Positions 1 through 18,400 of a stretch of DNA of 64,000 bases are shown here, in pieces (position 1 is the stretch's first letter; each line of letters starts with the position of its first letter). Location of the stretch: contig OZ038378.1 in NCBI GenBank assembly GCA_964036045.1, positions 4,216,001-4,280,000 of the forward strand, written 5' to 3'. The DNA comes from Eutreptiella sp. 'Long Island Sound 2002' (taxonomy: Eukaryota; Protista; Euglenida). Below the pieces are notes generated by a model. The model was not told the DNA's origin, did not search any database, and worked only from the letters and a program-made list of their open reading frames with translations. The position numbers and the translations under genes are program-made.

Positions 1-665
1 TTTGGCGGTTGTAAATTTGCATTGCCGGGCAGTGGCAACGGCTGCTCAAGAAGTGGTGTTCTAGCTGATCCTGGGAGCTTTGGGTGCCACTCAGCCCGGG
101 TACTATGGTGTGGTGACCACATACCGTCAGCCACATGGAAGAAAGGTTCCCAGGCAGCTGCTCTCCAACCGATATTCGTTCAGCGAGGTAAGAGATGCAC
201 AGAACTCCAGGGTTTGTCATTCCTCTTCGGCCCTCGACTGTCACCCACAGATTGATGCCCAGGCAAAGGGGTCATGGATCAGGGGGCGAGGGCTGGTTGA
301 GGAACGCAGGGCAAAGGGAGGCCGGGGGCTGAAATACAGGTGAGGCTGACGTTCTGCATCCACGGTACATTTGTAGCAATGAAGAGGACCTGTGTGCACA
401 CCTCTCTGCAGGTGCTTCACCTTTCGTGCTTCTTGGATCTGTCCGTAAATCATGGCCTTAAAAATCCTCCCGGTGAATATGGCGTTGGGAATGGGCTTTT
501 TCTGCTGGTTTGAGAAGCATGAGGTGAACACCATGTGTGGTGAGGCCTTTGGATGTGGCTGTAGAGGGGGACTGCCAGGGATCCTGTTACCCTTCGTCCA
601 CTGCCGTTGCCGCTGTGGTCTTGTGCCCTTCTTATCATGCTGGTGCATCCCAAATTCCCCTGCAG

Positions 666-2368
<1,703 letters not shown>

Positions 2369-5300
2369 TCGGATGTTGCGATGGCACAGGCCGGCGAGAG
2401 CGGCTCCACGGGATCTAACGGGTGAAGGGCCATTGAAGTGGCGAGGACGTGAACTGATTGTTTGTGTTCCCAAAAACGATCGTGCACCGTTGCATTATTA
2501 CGTGCCCAGGCGTGTGCACAATTGAGTGTATCACTGCCAAAGAGCCAACCTATTATGTCAGTATCGACGCACACAATTAATGCCAAGATGCGGGTGAGCA
2601 GATTGGTTGCATATATGAGCGCAGATGCGCTGCCATTCACATCATTCCTGCGTGGTCCCGGGTCACGATGTCCGCCTGGTTTCTGATGCTACAGGCAGTG
2701 TTGTTGCATGTGTTTGCATGTGCCCCGTCTCTTTCAAGGTCGATTTCTTGCCTTCAAATGGTGGAAGAAGCTAAACCAACTGCGGAGGTTGAGGAGGCGC
2801 TTGGGGTTCTTCATCTGAGGTAGCCACGTGACGATCTGTGCATCTGAGCTTGGGGAAAGGATTTGAACAACGCAATTGAAAGCCCAGACAAAGATGGGCC
2901 AGTTTTATCAAGTTCTCCATGCCGGGCTACCTGCCCAAATCACTGGGAGTATGGCAGATATCCCCAACAGACCCCCAACACCCGTCCCACAACAAAGAAT
3001 AGGCATGTGATGGTGACCGCCCGATGCCTCATGATACTCTACATGACTGTAATTGGACTGGCTGGCTGTAGTCCTGCAAGCTAACACCACCACTGCCACT
3101 ACCAGGAGAAACATCACGACCGCTAGCATCTGGCAGAGAACGCTTATCCTACGGCACTGCAACGCACTTGTCGGGGACTTTGCAGGTGAACAGATGAACA
3201 GGTTGAGGTTGAGGGAGGCGAAAGCTAAGGCAATGCAAAGGTCTAGCGGCCTTAGCAGCCAGCTAAGCCACGAAGGATGTCCATGGACGAAGTAGGGGCC
3301 AAAAGCTTGCAAACGCATGGCTCACTGATGGGGCAAAAGGCATCTTAACCAGAGAGAGACCCACACACGACGCACCGTTGTGGCGTCTGCGTCTGAAATG
3401 CATGCGTCCCAAATGCAAACCACCATCAGCCATGTGCTGATCAGAAGGTCACACCCGTGCGTTCTGCGGTGAGGAAACAGTCTGCACCGGTCAGGAAAAG
3501 GCATGAGTTCCGGCTGCAGATAGAAGACGTGCACACCATCAGTGCACACACATTGGTCGTGAAAGAAATGGATCTTTTGCTGCAAATGCAACTCAGGAGC
3601 ATCTGCCATACTGCCCCCCCCCCCCTCTTGTCCAAAATCTGCGTCGTCATTCCATGGCCAGACACCGTTGTCCCTTCTGAGACCATTTGTGAGGTCATTT
3701 TGTGGTGAAGTAGTCGAGCCGCTTACCAGTGCTTCACTAACGCAGCAGTGGAATGAACCATAGATGGAACCTGGGTGATTCCGGGGACAGCTGTCCAGGC
3801 TGTGCTATTGAGATCTCAGCATCTCGGGCACAAGGAGGGGGACATATTTGAGCTGCTACCGTTCTCCCAGCCGCAGCTGAAAGGTCTCGGTGACAAAAGC
3901 TGACCCATTTCTTTTGGTGCAATGTTTGTTCTCCCACATTTGTCATCATCAAACCATCCCCCATGCCTTGAAAGGAGGGTTGGCCCATTGGGTTTTTGAC
4001 AGTTGCTCTCGCACTGCTTCGTGCGGGGTCGCCCTTGTTAGAGTGGAATCCTCCACCCACATCAGAGCAAACCAATGGCAATGTCAAACATGAGCAGCAA
4101 AGCACCCCCCCCCCCCTTTTTTTTTTCGAGTGATTGGGGTTGTTTTGCATGAATTGCAGCTATTTTATCACATCACCCTTTTGGGGACCCAGTACAGCAA
4201 TAGGGCCACACAAACCTTATCTTATCAGGTCTCCTAAAATACGGAGGGTCTGAACATCGCGACATGTTTCCTCCTATATTAGGGTTCCCAGTTCATGGAC
4301 GACTTCCCCGGACAGAGGCTTGAAAAGCAGCGGGCTTGCTCTTTGCACTTGTGGGTTTTTGCCATGATTTTGTAGATACTGCGTACTGTCTGCCTCTGTT
4401 TGTCGTGCCCTATTAACACTTTTTTTTGGCGCTTCTGGGCCTGTGTGTAGCTGCTATGTTGGTTGCATCAATAATCTTCCACACATGAGGGCAAACCATC
4501 ACCTTTCTGTTTCAGGGACTCCAAAGTTCCGGGACCCAAAGCTGAGAGGATAAAAGTGGCAGCATACCCCTTGCTGTCTCAGGACATTTGATTTCTCTCC
4601 GCTCTGGAGACCCCTTTATGGCTGTATGGCAGTTGTTATGTAGCCATATTTGATTCCTCTCTGCTTTGGAGACTTATGAGGCGGGATATGTGGCCAGATT
4701 TGATTCTCTCATCTTCAGAGACCCCGATATAGCACGGGTTATGTGGCCACATTACATTCCTCTCTGCTGTGTAGTGGCACCTCCTGTGCCCCGCTCGGAT
4801 GCCATATGTGGGTCAGTACAAAGTCGACACTCGAAGGCGCTAGGCCCCTCACACACCTGCGCCCCCAAGAAAATGTCAGAAAACACAGGTGAATGTAAGG
4901 CAATGTATTGTGCAAAAGTATTGACCAACACATCTGGGAACAAAACTGTTTATCAAGCGCAATCAAATGTCGCATTTCTGCTGCGATTTGCATTGACAGA
5001 TTTGGGTTTGTGTTGTGTGCTCTGCATTGATGGTTTTGGAGTTGATTTGGCTGGAAGGGTGACCATTTCCTTATGTGCTTTGGGCCTTCTCTGGGGTTGT
5101 AAAAAGTCTAGGACAATTGCCCAAAAGTAGCGTGCCAGGTGTGTGCTGGGCAAGCACTCCCCCATAACCCCGCCATCTCGCCCCCACCCCCACCCACAGC
5201 AGTCTTTGCACAACAGCACAACAACTACGCCTTGAAAAATGGTATTTTCAGCGATCCATCCAAAGCTGCTGTCTCCAAAGGATGTGCCAACCATGTGCCA

Positions 5301-5660
5301 AGCTTAACCCATTGTAGAAATTGTTCATTCTCTTTGTATCACCACGCCTGTGCGACACCCACTGTTGTTTTTTCTTCCCCAGAGGTTGCATTGTCTGTAT
5401 AAGGGAACGGAACGTGGTGCCTTACGCAAAGCAGTGGTGCTGCAAGGGATCACTGACACTCAATGGCCTTGGAACATCCTAAAGACCTTAAACAACGAAA
5501 ATGATGAAAGTGCACATGAGCAACACTGAGAAAATGAAGGAAAGCATGCCTGTGTTGGGATGTTCTTGTCTGCTTTGTGCATGAAATTGTACATCAGCAA
5601 CTGAATGACTGGAAGCGGCGGAAGGGCAAATGCCACCCCATGACACACTAGCACCTCACA

Positions 5661-5684
5661 CTGTTTCCGGCAGCACACAGCACA
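5661..5684 (+). promoter_or_regulatory. Putative trans-splice (spliced-leader) acceptor just upstream of the TPI ATG
   Basis: cagcacacag|cacaATG occurs before every exon 1, with no upstream coding exon needed. This depends on the euglenozoan assignment. Confidence 0.35.
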
Positions 5685-10032
<4,348 letters not shown>

Positions 10033-11444
10033 TCGGATGTTGCGATGGCACAGGCCGGCGAGAGCGGCTCCACGGGATCTAACGGGTGAAGGGCCATTGA
10101 AGTGGCGAGGACGTGAACTGATTGTTTGTGTTCCCAAAAACGATCGTGCACCGTTGCATTATTACGTGCCCAGGCGTGTGCACAATTGAGTGTATCACTG
10201 CCAAAGAGCCAACCTATTATGTCAGTATCGACGCACACAATTAATGCCAAGATGCGGGTGAGCAGATTGGTTGCATATATGAGCGCAGATGCGCTGCCAT
10301 TCACATCATTCCTGCGTGGTCCCGGGTCACGATGTCCGGATTTCCGTTCTGCAGCTGGTTTTTTCTGTTGCGTACTGCTTTCAATGGCTTGTTGCGTGCG
10401 GTCTTCTGTCGACATTTCCATTTTGGAGGGGCATTTCAATGTGGGTCTGCGGGGGTTTTTTTTGGGTCTGCTTTTGAGGCAGTATGATGCGGCGTGCCCC
10501 TTGAGTTTACCTGGCAGATTTCCATGTGGTTGTGCCCGCAAGGACTGGGACTGCGGCTGGGGCGAAAAGGATTCCATGCTTGGATGTTGCGCAAACGCCG
10601 CCGTTGCCCAAGGCCGTGGCAGCTCCCAGCCCCATGGCTCTGTCGGAACACGAGTAGAAATGCCCTCACCATCCTGGTGGGAGGATGTTGTCAATTTGGT
10701 GTGGCTGGGTGGGTGGGTGGGGGTGGGGGCAAGCAGGGGCGCAGTATCAGTGGCAGGCCTTCTCTCAGGCACTTACCTCACGCACGGCTGTTGTGCAAGT
10801 GTACACGAGGCAACATTCCTTGGAAATCCAGTACAGCACGAATATAGGTAACACCTGATGATCCCCTGGCTTCTCATCAGTGGTAGAGGGCCACCTCCAA
10901 ACTTCAGAAAGACAGCAGCCTGTCAGTGCCTGCAGGGGAGTGCCACCATGAGCGGCGGTACAATGCACTTTTTCTGTTGTGGGCCCCCGCTCCGCCCTCC
11001 TCCTTCGATTGGAGCTTTCAATGTACCTTGGAGGTCATTTTTTTCCAGAATGTACATGCGTTTTTGAAGGCATCGGGGTGTGGAACCAGAGCGCTGCCAA
11101 TCGTTGTCCCCAGGAATGGCCAGGGATGGGACAGGGCGCAGATGGACTGGAGAGAGGGCTCGGTCTCAGACAAGTTTCAGACAAGGCTGCATACAATTGA
11201 CGTGAAAGCACTTCATGTTGCAGGATGGTCTAAAGGCATAGATCAGATTGCGAGTCAATGCCTGAATACGGCACAGTGAATCATGTACAGATGACGTCCA
11301 GTAAGCGAGCCAACAAGTGCCACAAAGGGACAAGGGGGGGGGGGGGGTGGTAATCAACGTGAATTTCTACAACCCAATAAAAACAACACACTGCCTTGTC
11401 TAAGCATTGGGACCCACCTGGTCGTTGCTTTCCTGACTTTTAGT

Positions 11445-12041
11445 GTGCTTGTGCAAGGGGGAGTCATGCGGTACATGTTGGAAGCCGATCAGACGGAGCA
11501 GGGAGCAACAGCTGCAACTTGGGATACTCAAGAAGAGTGGCTTCTGCGTGGCATTCCACTGTGGGTTGTGGACAGCAGCCGAGGGTTCGAAGGGCACCAG
11601 AAGGTGCATGCTGCAGAAGCCGTCCAAGAACAGATCGTGACTGAGGCCCCCGCTGACGACAGCGAGCCTGTTGCGCCTGCACCTACCTTGCCAAGCCAAG
11701 CCAAGGTGAAGAAGACTGCCAAAGTTGTACCAACTCAGGGTACTGCAGCCGGAAAAGGAACCCCCTCGAGTAGCAAGAAGCAGGCGAAAGGAAAGGAGAA
11801 GGAATCGGACAAGCCTGGAGAATCAGACGACGACGATGCTGACGAGGAGACAGAAGAAGAGGATCCGGCGCAAGTGCTGGAGACCCAGCAGAAGCGCAAG
11901 CAGGCACCCGCCGCTCACTTCGATGCAAGTCCCGATGATTCGGGTAAGGACCAGCCAAAGAAGAAAGCAAAGACTGCTGCGACTACTATTGCAGAGTTCA
12001 AGCCGCCCTCGCGTTCTGGTGCTCAGCCATCAGAAAGTTAA
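11445..12041 (+). CDS. Unknown protein, probable terminal exon (acidic plus lysine-rich low-complexity tail)
   Basis: About 198 open codons follow ttttag and end in TAA. The composition is protein-like (DDDDADEETEEED, PKKKAK). No family is recognised; it may be part of a decayed TE gene. Confidence 0.45.
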   Translation: MLVQGGVMRYMLEADQTEQGATAATWDTQEEWLLRGIPLWVVDSSRGFEGHQKVHAAEAVQEQIVTEAPADDSEPVAPAPTLPSQAKVKKTAKVVPTQGTAAGKGTPSSSKKQAKGKEKESDKPGESDDDDADEETEEEDPAQVLETQQKRKQAPAAHFDASPDDSGKDQPKKKAKTAATTIAEFKPPSRSGAQPSES

Positions 12042-13806
12042 AACAGGCTTTCACTGTTGTTTGCTTTGAAGATGTTGTTTTGTTTGTGCCTCTGCTTGCT
12101 CCTGCTGCTTCTTGGTGTAGCTCAGGTTTTCCAAATAAATATGTTTTGATGAAATCAGCCAGAAATACAAGTACCCACAGTGCAAGCAAGGGACCACAGG
12201 ATCAAATCCACAACATGAAGGGCTGCAATCAAAGGAGATAGTGTATCAACAAAGGAACTCACAATAACTACATATTTAGGAAAAGATAGTTAGAAAATAT
12301 CCTACAATCAAGTGAAAACTGCCCACATGGGCACTCTCTCTTTTATAGTGCCATCTAGAGATGTGCACTCTTTGTTTTGGGTCCCATAGGTGCTGAGGTG
12401 GCATGGCTTGTGGCGCTGAGGTCACTGCCATGTCACATGGGATCTTCCTACTTAGCTAGGCTGACTGGGAATTGAACCCAGGACCTCTCAAAAAGAGGTG
12501 CCCCAGCCCCCTAGGGTGCAGACCACTAGGATAGCTAAGCATTCATGAGAAAACGTAGAAAAATGTATAGGCTCTGGATTAATGTCAGCGCCTCAGTCAC
12601 TCCAGAAAATGGTGCATAAGTCCAATCAGTTGGGGGGTCAAGGGTCCACACAACATCTAAAGTTCAATGCTTGGTTTTATAGGTCAAAATGTTTTGTCGC
12701 CCCTTTTTGGATAGGTCAATACTAAGATAAAAATGTAGTATGCCTTTAGGCTTCTCTAAAACAACTAAAGCTTACCTTTTGGCAGGGAAATACACTTTTT
12801 CTTACTCCCCCCTTGTGCTGTGGTGGCCACCACTGTCGCATTTTAAAGGAAAAAGGGCATTTTTCTTGACCTCCCCATGGTTTCAACATCTTGTTAAAAT
12901 TACCTATAACATCCCTAACATTGGAAAGAAGGCGCACTGCAAGATGGATGTGCTCAGCTAACGGAAACAGTGCGAAATAGTGCTGGCTATTTGCTGTTTC
13001 CTTGATCTCAGCACTCAACAGCATGAATCAAAGCAGCACGGTCCGGGAACGTGTCCATTTTCAGTCATGCTAAGCCTGTGTTGAGGGGTGGCACCTACTG
13101 CGTAATATCTTGGGATGGTTTTCGAAAGTCCGAGTCCAAGTGCCTTGCTGGCCCTGTCTATCATGAAATTTGGAGGGTGTTTGTTGGTTTTATGACATTC
13201 TGTTCATCAACGCATGTGCCAAGCTATCTCTATCTCTTTTTTCGCCTGGACGGCAGGTTCATTTTCTAACAGCTGTGCACTGCATTTTCTGAGCTGCAGC
13301 CGGTGTGGAGATCATTTTCATCTATGTAGAGATGGACTGGGAACCACGTGCATAGCCAGTGCTGCCGCCAAAGAATGTTTCTTGCGAACAGGGTCCTCTT
13401 TGTGCATCCCCAACACTCTTTTGCTCATTTCCACCACATCCACTCTTTTTTGGGTTGATTTCTCCCTACCATGGGACCTAGTGAAGGCAGAGGTGATGTA
13501 TCCATGTTGTTTTCTCCCCATCATGGGGACCCAAGTAGGCACAGCTCAAGTCGGACCTCAGGATCATGATCAAGGCCGAGGGACAATGCACCATCCTCTC
13601 CAAGTGTTGTATCATGTCCAAGTACTATAATCGAAGGTGACCTCACAGGCTTGATCAACGCCAAGGATCCTTTGTGCTAGCCAAGACATACCATGCCGTC
13701 ATCCTGAGACGGTCGGCAGCAGGGCTATGCTGGACGGCCATACCCAGCACCCCCGGGTCCATCCTCCCACCCCCATTTGTGGAAGATGGACCACGGGGGT
13801 GTTGCC

Positions 13807-13850
13807 TGAACCGTGCGCGCACCGTGCACGCACCGTGCGCGCACCGTGCG
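13807..13850. repeat. 11-mer array (GCACCGTGCGC)~4, left copy of a 44-bp direct repeat
   Basis: 43/44 identical to 14546-14589. Confidence 0.9.
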
Positions 13851-13884
13851 TCCTTTTGCGTATTCTATGTCCACCAGATCCACA

Positions 13885-14220
13885 ATGCCTGAATCTGAGC
13901 TGCCCTGGCTTGTCGCCGGACTGCCTGTGTACTACCACTGCTCCAACGGGGATAGGGTGTCGGCCACTGTCGTTGACCCTTCTCCAAGAGGTGGGCGTCG
14001 CGTCTCTATTCGGTACGAATTGGGTGGTGAAGAGGTCTTGTACGAGCATGCACCCGAGGAGCGGTTGGAGTTTGCAATTGTGACTGCTGAGAGCCCCGAT
14101 TCCCCCAAACCTGTGCACCATGAGGCGCCGATGGACGCTTTGCTGGAGCCCCAATTACCTGAAGTGGAAACTAAAGCCCCTAGAATTGATGATCATGAGC
14201 CAGAATGCTGTGGCGGATGA
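13885..14220 (+). CDS. Small unknown ORF (111 aa) with a possible SH3/Tudor-like N-terminal beta domain
   Basis: The start context ccag-atccacaATG shares cacaATG with TPI. The sequence VYYHCSNGDRVSATVVD...VSIRYELGGEEVLYEHAPEERL suggests a beta barrel (inference only). Confidence 0.35.
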   Translation: MPESELPWLVAGLPVYYHCSNGDRVSATVVDPSPRGGRRVSIRYELGGEEVLYEHAPEERLEFAIVTAESPDSPKPVHHEAPMDALLEPQLPEVETKAPRIDDHEPECCGG

Positions 14221-14294
14221 AATTGAAATTCCCGTAACCCAACCAGTGTTGTCGCTTGTGTTGTCGCCTGTGCATGGTTTGTAACGGAGGTGCG

Positions 14295-14486
14295 TGCAAG
14301 GTGCAGAAATTGGGAGCCTGGAACCTGTGACAAGCATCAGATTCAAAAAAAAAATTCCCGGTACGCCAATAGGGGCTGCAGGGTGCAGAAAATAGGACCC
14401 TGGAACCTGTGACAAGCATCAGACTAAAAATTGAAGAATCCTGGTATGCCAGTATGGACTGCAAGGTGCAGAAATCAGGACCCTGG
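14295..14486. repeat. ~82-bp tandem repeat, about 2.3 copies
   Basis: tgca(a/g)ggtgcagaaa recurs at 14295, 14377 and 14460; ggaacctgtgacaagcatcaga occurs twice. Confidence 0.8.
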
Positions 14487-14545
14487 GTGTGTTTCTATGG
14501 GGGCCATTCAACGGGGTACAAGTTGGGCAACCATCCCAAAAACAT

Positions 14546-14589
14546 TGAACCGTGCGCGCACCGTGCGCGCACCGTGCGCGCACCGTGCG
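14546..14589. repeat. 11-mer array, right copy of the 44-bp direct repeat
   Basis: tgaaccgtgcgcgcaccgtgcgcgcaccgtgcgcgcaccgtgcg. Confidence 0.9.
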
Positions 14590-15437
14590 ACAACGCCCCC
14601 CACCTCCCGCCCCAAGTGAAGGAGGTCTCCCAGGGTCTACAGGGTCTACACTGGGACCTGCTCCTTAGGCAGGGGTGATGTAAGGGCGTTTGGAACGGGT
14701 GTGCTTGGGGGCTCTTCAGGGGGAACGTGGTCTAAAAAGTAGCGCGCAGTGCAAGGACGCCCCCCTAGACAAACAACACACCACTACAGCACACCAATAC
14801 GGCACCAGCATGGCAACCCTGTGCATTCTGGACCCTGAAAGTGGCTACTTCTGCCCGGATTGTGTAAGCTGGATCCGTCATATTTTGCTTCCCCTCCCCC
14901 AGTCCCCCGCCTGCCCCCCTAAGGGCGCCGGGCACGACCCTCTCGTGCCAGGCGTCTCGTGTGAAAACAATTTGTGCACGAAGGGAGAGCAACGGGAGTT
15001 CAGAGGCTGCCTCCTTCTCTTCCTTCTTCTCAGGATTGTGGGAAGTGTAGCATAGATGCGTCTACATCATGTGCGCAATCCACTTCGATTGCATTCAAGC
15101 TGGCCAGAAGCTGTCTGTGAGCGGGGGCATCAGCAGGCAACTATCATCTCAACGTCGCCTCTGCCCCTTGACACCAGCCTACCCCCAGCACACCCAGACC
15201 CTCTCTCGTGTTGGGGCTGCTGCAAAGTACACTCAGTCCTGGTTGGGTGTTGCCCCATCTTCCAGGCCCATGCACAGGGAGGAAGAGACTATGGCAGTGT
15301 AAGTGGCAGCTGCAATTTGCTCCAGTTGCGGTCAACCTGGTAAATGCAGACGTCCACGCCGGAAAGCTCCTGTGCTGCTTGCGCCATTTATGCAGTTGCA
15401 ATGTTTGCATTGTTGTTTGCCCTCCACGGCGTTTAGC

Positions 15438-18400
15438 ATGCAGGCTGTGCAATGTGCTGCCTTGTCTTTGACGCGGCTGGCCAACCTTGGGCGCTGCTAC
15501 TCTTCTGAGGCTCCCTATGGACTTCCAGGCACGGCACTTTACCTGGTACCCACCCCGATTGGACACCATCAGGACATCACATACCGCGCTGTGCGGGTGC
15601 TTGGGGCTGTGGATGCAGTGCTGGCGGAGGACACACGCACCGCACAGCGCCTCCTGGCGCGATACGGCATTCACACACCTCTAGTGCAGTACCACAATGC
15701 CAATGAGCACCGCACTGTCAGCCAGCTGGTGAAGCGCATGATGACGGGACAAACTTTGGCATTGGTGTCTGACGCGGGTACACCATGCGTCTCAGACCCA
15801 GGTGTGAAGCTTGTGTATGGATTTGCATGCATCTTGCATGCTGCTACAAGATCACAACAACACAGACAACCCCAGGTGCAGCTCAGGCAATTGGCGTGTT
15901 GTATGCAAGGGTTTTACCAGGGACAAGGGGGGCGCACCGTGCGCTGTGCCTGCGTTGTGTGAAAAGTAGGCTGTTTAGGACCCATTTTCCGCAGTGGCCA
16001 AGGTGACGCAGTAACTATTGTGTTCCCGCACACAGGTTTACTCAGGTTTTTATTCAGTCCAAAAACTCAGATAATGAGTTGTAACAAACGATGTCTCCCG
16101 CTAAAAATGCCAGATTGCTATCGAAATCTGCTGTTTTGCTTTGTGGACGTAGCTCCCCTCGTGGTGGGTGGTTTTCAGGGTGGTCACAGGAAAGCTTACT
16201 TACAATTGGGCGCTGCGCCTGCGCTGCTCCCGTGCTGTGCAGAAACGCCCCCCAAGGCTTTCCTTTTTTATTTTCAGTCAAAGAAAGTCCAGACATGTGG
16301 TGTCGTGATTGGCGGTCAACCGCTGGTGCTTGATGGTCAACGGCTGTGGTCAACTGCCGCTTGATTTTTGGCGCTTGACGGCACCTGTATCTGGCTGGTG
16401 AGGCCGGGGATAGGCCCTTGTGTGCCGGATCTTCTGTAAGGGGGTTTGGGGGGGGGATTCCATCCACACAGTTTTTTGCCTCGCATTCAGTACCGAGGCC
16501 AAACTGAATTTCTTGACACCCAACCCTTAAAAACTTGGGTGCCCTCATATTAAGGTACGTAACTCTGGCATGAGCAACCAGAACAAAAACTTTGCTGCGG
16601 TGGTTACACCGTTAATGCCCTGCTAGTCATAATGCCATGGGTCCATGTGATTTTCTGGAGCAAAAAGGGTGGGGATGGCCAGGCCAGGTCCTGGTATGTG
16701 CCCCCCCCCCCCCCCTCCCCAAGGATTCCTAGTGAAAAGGGAAATAAAACCTTACTTTCACAAGCTTGGTGACCCAAGTTCTAGAACACTGACCATAGGG
16801 TTCGGGGTTAGTGGCACGCTCATGGGAAAACAAGGCAGAACACACAGACAGTTTCCTGCTATGCAAGCGACAAAAGCATAAATTTGCCTTTAGCATACAG
16901 TAAACTTCAGCCAGCCCTTGATGTGGGGAAATGAGTTGAAATGTGAAATACAATTCAAATGTGTTTTTCTCGTGTAGTTGAATTCCACATTTAATCCTGT
17001 ATCCTGGGCATTTTGAGTAAACACGAGTGAGATGAAACTGGAAACTTAGCTTGTGCAATGGGCACAAAATTTTTTTTGCAAAAAAAACTATGGCGCCATT
17101 AGCACTTTCACCTTGATGGTGGAACCAAAAGGTTTTGCAACCCTTTTGCCTGAGCTGGTGGAAGCAGCAAGGCATTTTAACCCTCTTCACTAAGCTAGTG
17201 GAACCAGTGAGGTTGTTTTACCCTCTTGACGGGACAAGGTGGGGCTACCCTTTGCAGCAGCAGCAACAAACAACAGCAGCAGCAGCAACAAGCAGCAAGC
17301 CCCCCCCCCACCCCGGAGACCGTCACGTGGCCCAAATAAGCACAGAAAATATTAGGCGCCGAAGAAAAATTTTCCTTAGCTTTTTCTAGAATTCGGGGGG
17401 GGGAGACCGTCACTTGGTGACCCCCCCTCCCCCCCCCCCCGGAGAACGTCGTGTGCTAGGGGGGGGGGGATTGCAAGGGGGGACGGGGTAGCAGCAAGCA
17501 CACACGAAATGGGCAAAAAAACAGAATTCACTGTGCTGGTTGGTTTTTGCCGAAATTTTGCTGATTGTTAACGATGAGTATAAAGTTGAGGTTGGACGGA
17601 ATGAACCGGCGGTACCCTCGGCGGCGGTTCGGCTCGGCCGGTTAGGTTCCGGCGGTTCGGCTCGGCGGCGGTGTCGGCCGGCCGATTCGGCCGGCCGGAC
17701 CGCCGGGCGGCACTTCGGCCGGCCGAGTCGGCCGGCCGGACCGCCGGAACCTACCCGGCCGGCGGTCCGGCCGGCCGAACCACCGCCCGGCAGTCCGGCC
17801 GGCCGAACCGCCGGGCCGTTCCGACGCACCCCCCCACCACCCCCCAAGGATCCCGGGTTAGGCACCCTTTTTGTTCACCCACCTACACCCATTGGGGACC
17901 GCGAATGCAACGGTCCTAGGAGCATCATGGTGTCCTGTTCAATGTTCATGTTCAATGCAATCGTCAGCCCGCGGACAAGGGGCCCCTGGCGCGGGATGCT
18001 GCCACCCACATTGAGCATTGTGTCCGATCCATCTACTCCTCAAGCGGAGCCGCTAGCCTTGCTAGCGGTGCCCCACTCAGCAATGAGTGTGGGCGCAGCG
18101 TGGAACCGCGTGGCCACCAGCGTTTGGTGGCCCGTTGTGGAAACCCGGGAGTGGAATTGCGGTACACAATGTGAAATGTGGGGTGTTTCACTTGTTTGTT
18201 TGCTTCACAACCCCATATAGGCCAGTATTGTTGCACCCCTTGAGTTGGGGTTAGGGACTCACAATCCACGCTTTCTGGCGTGGCCCCTCGAGTTGCGGTT
18301 AGGGACTCCGAGAACCTTCCGGTGCTATTGAGCAAACCGGGCTAGTCTTTACGTTATTACGTACAATGGATCACGTTCCTTCTACGTTTCGTTTTGGTGT

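Noticed and set aside
17540-18220. Pro/Arg/Gly-rich ORFs on both strands here and at 20149-20572
   Set aside because: They are produced by stop-free GC palindromic repeats in the transposon termini.
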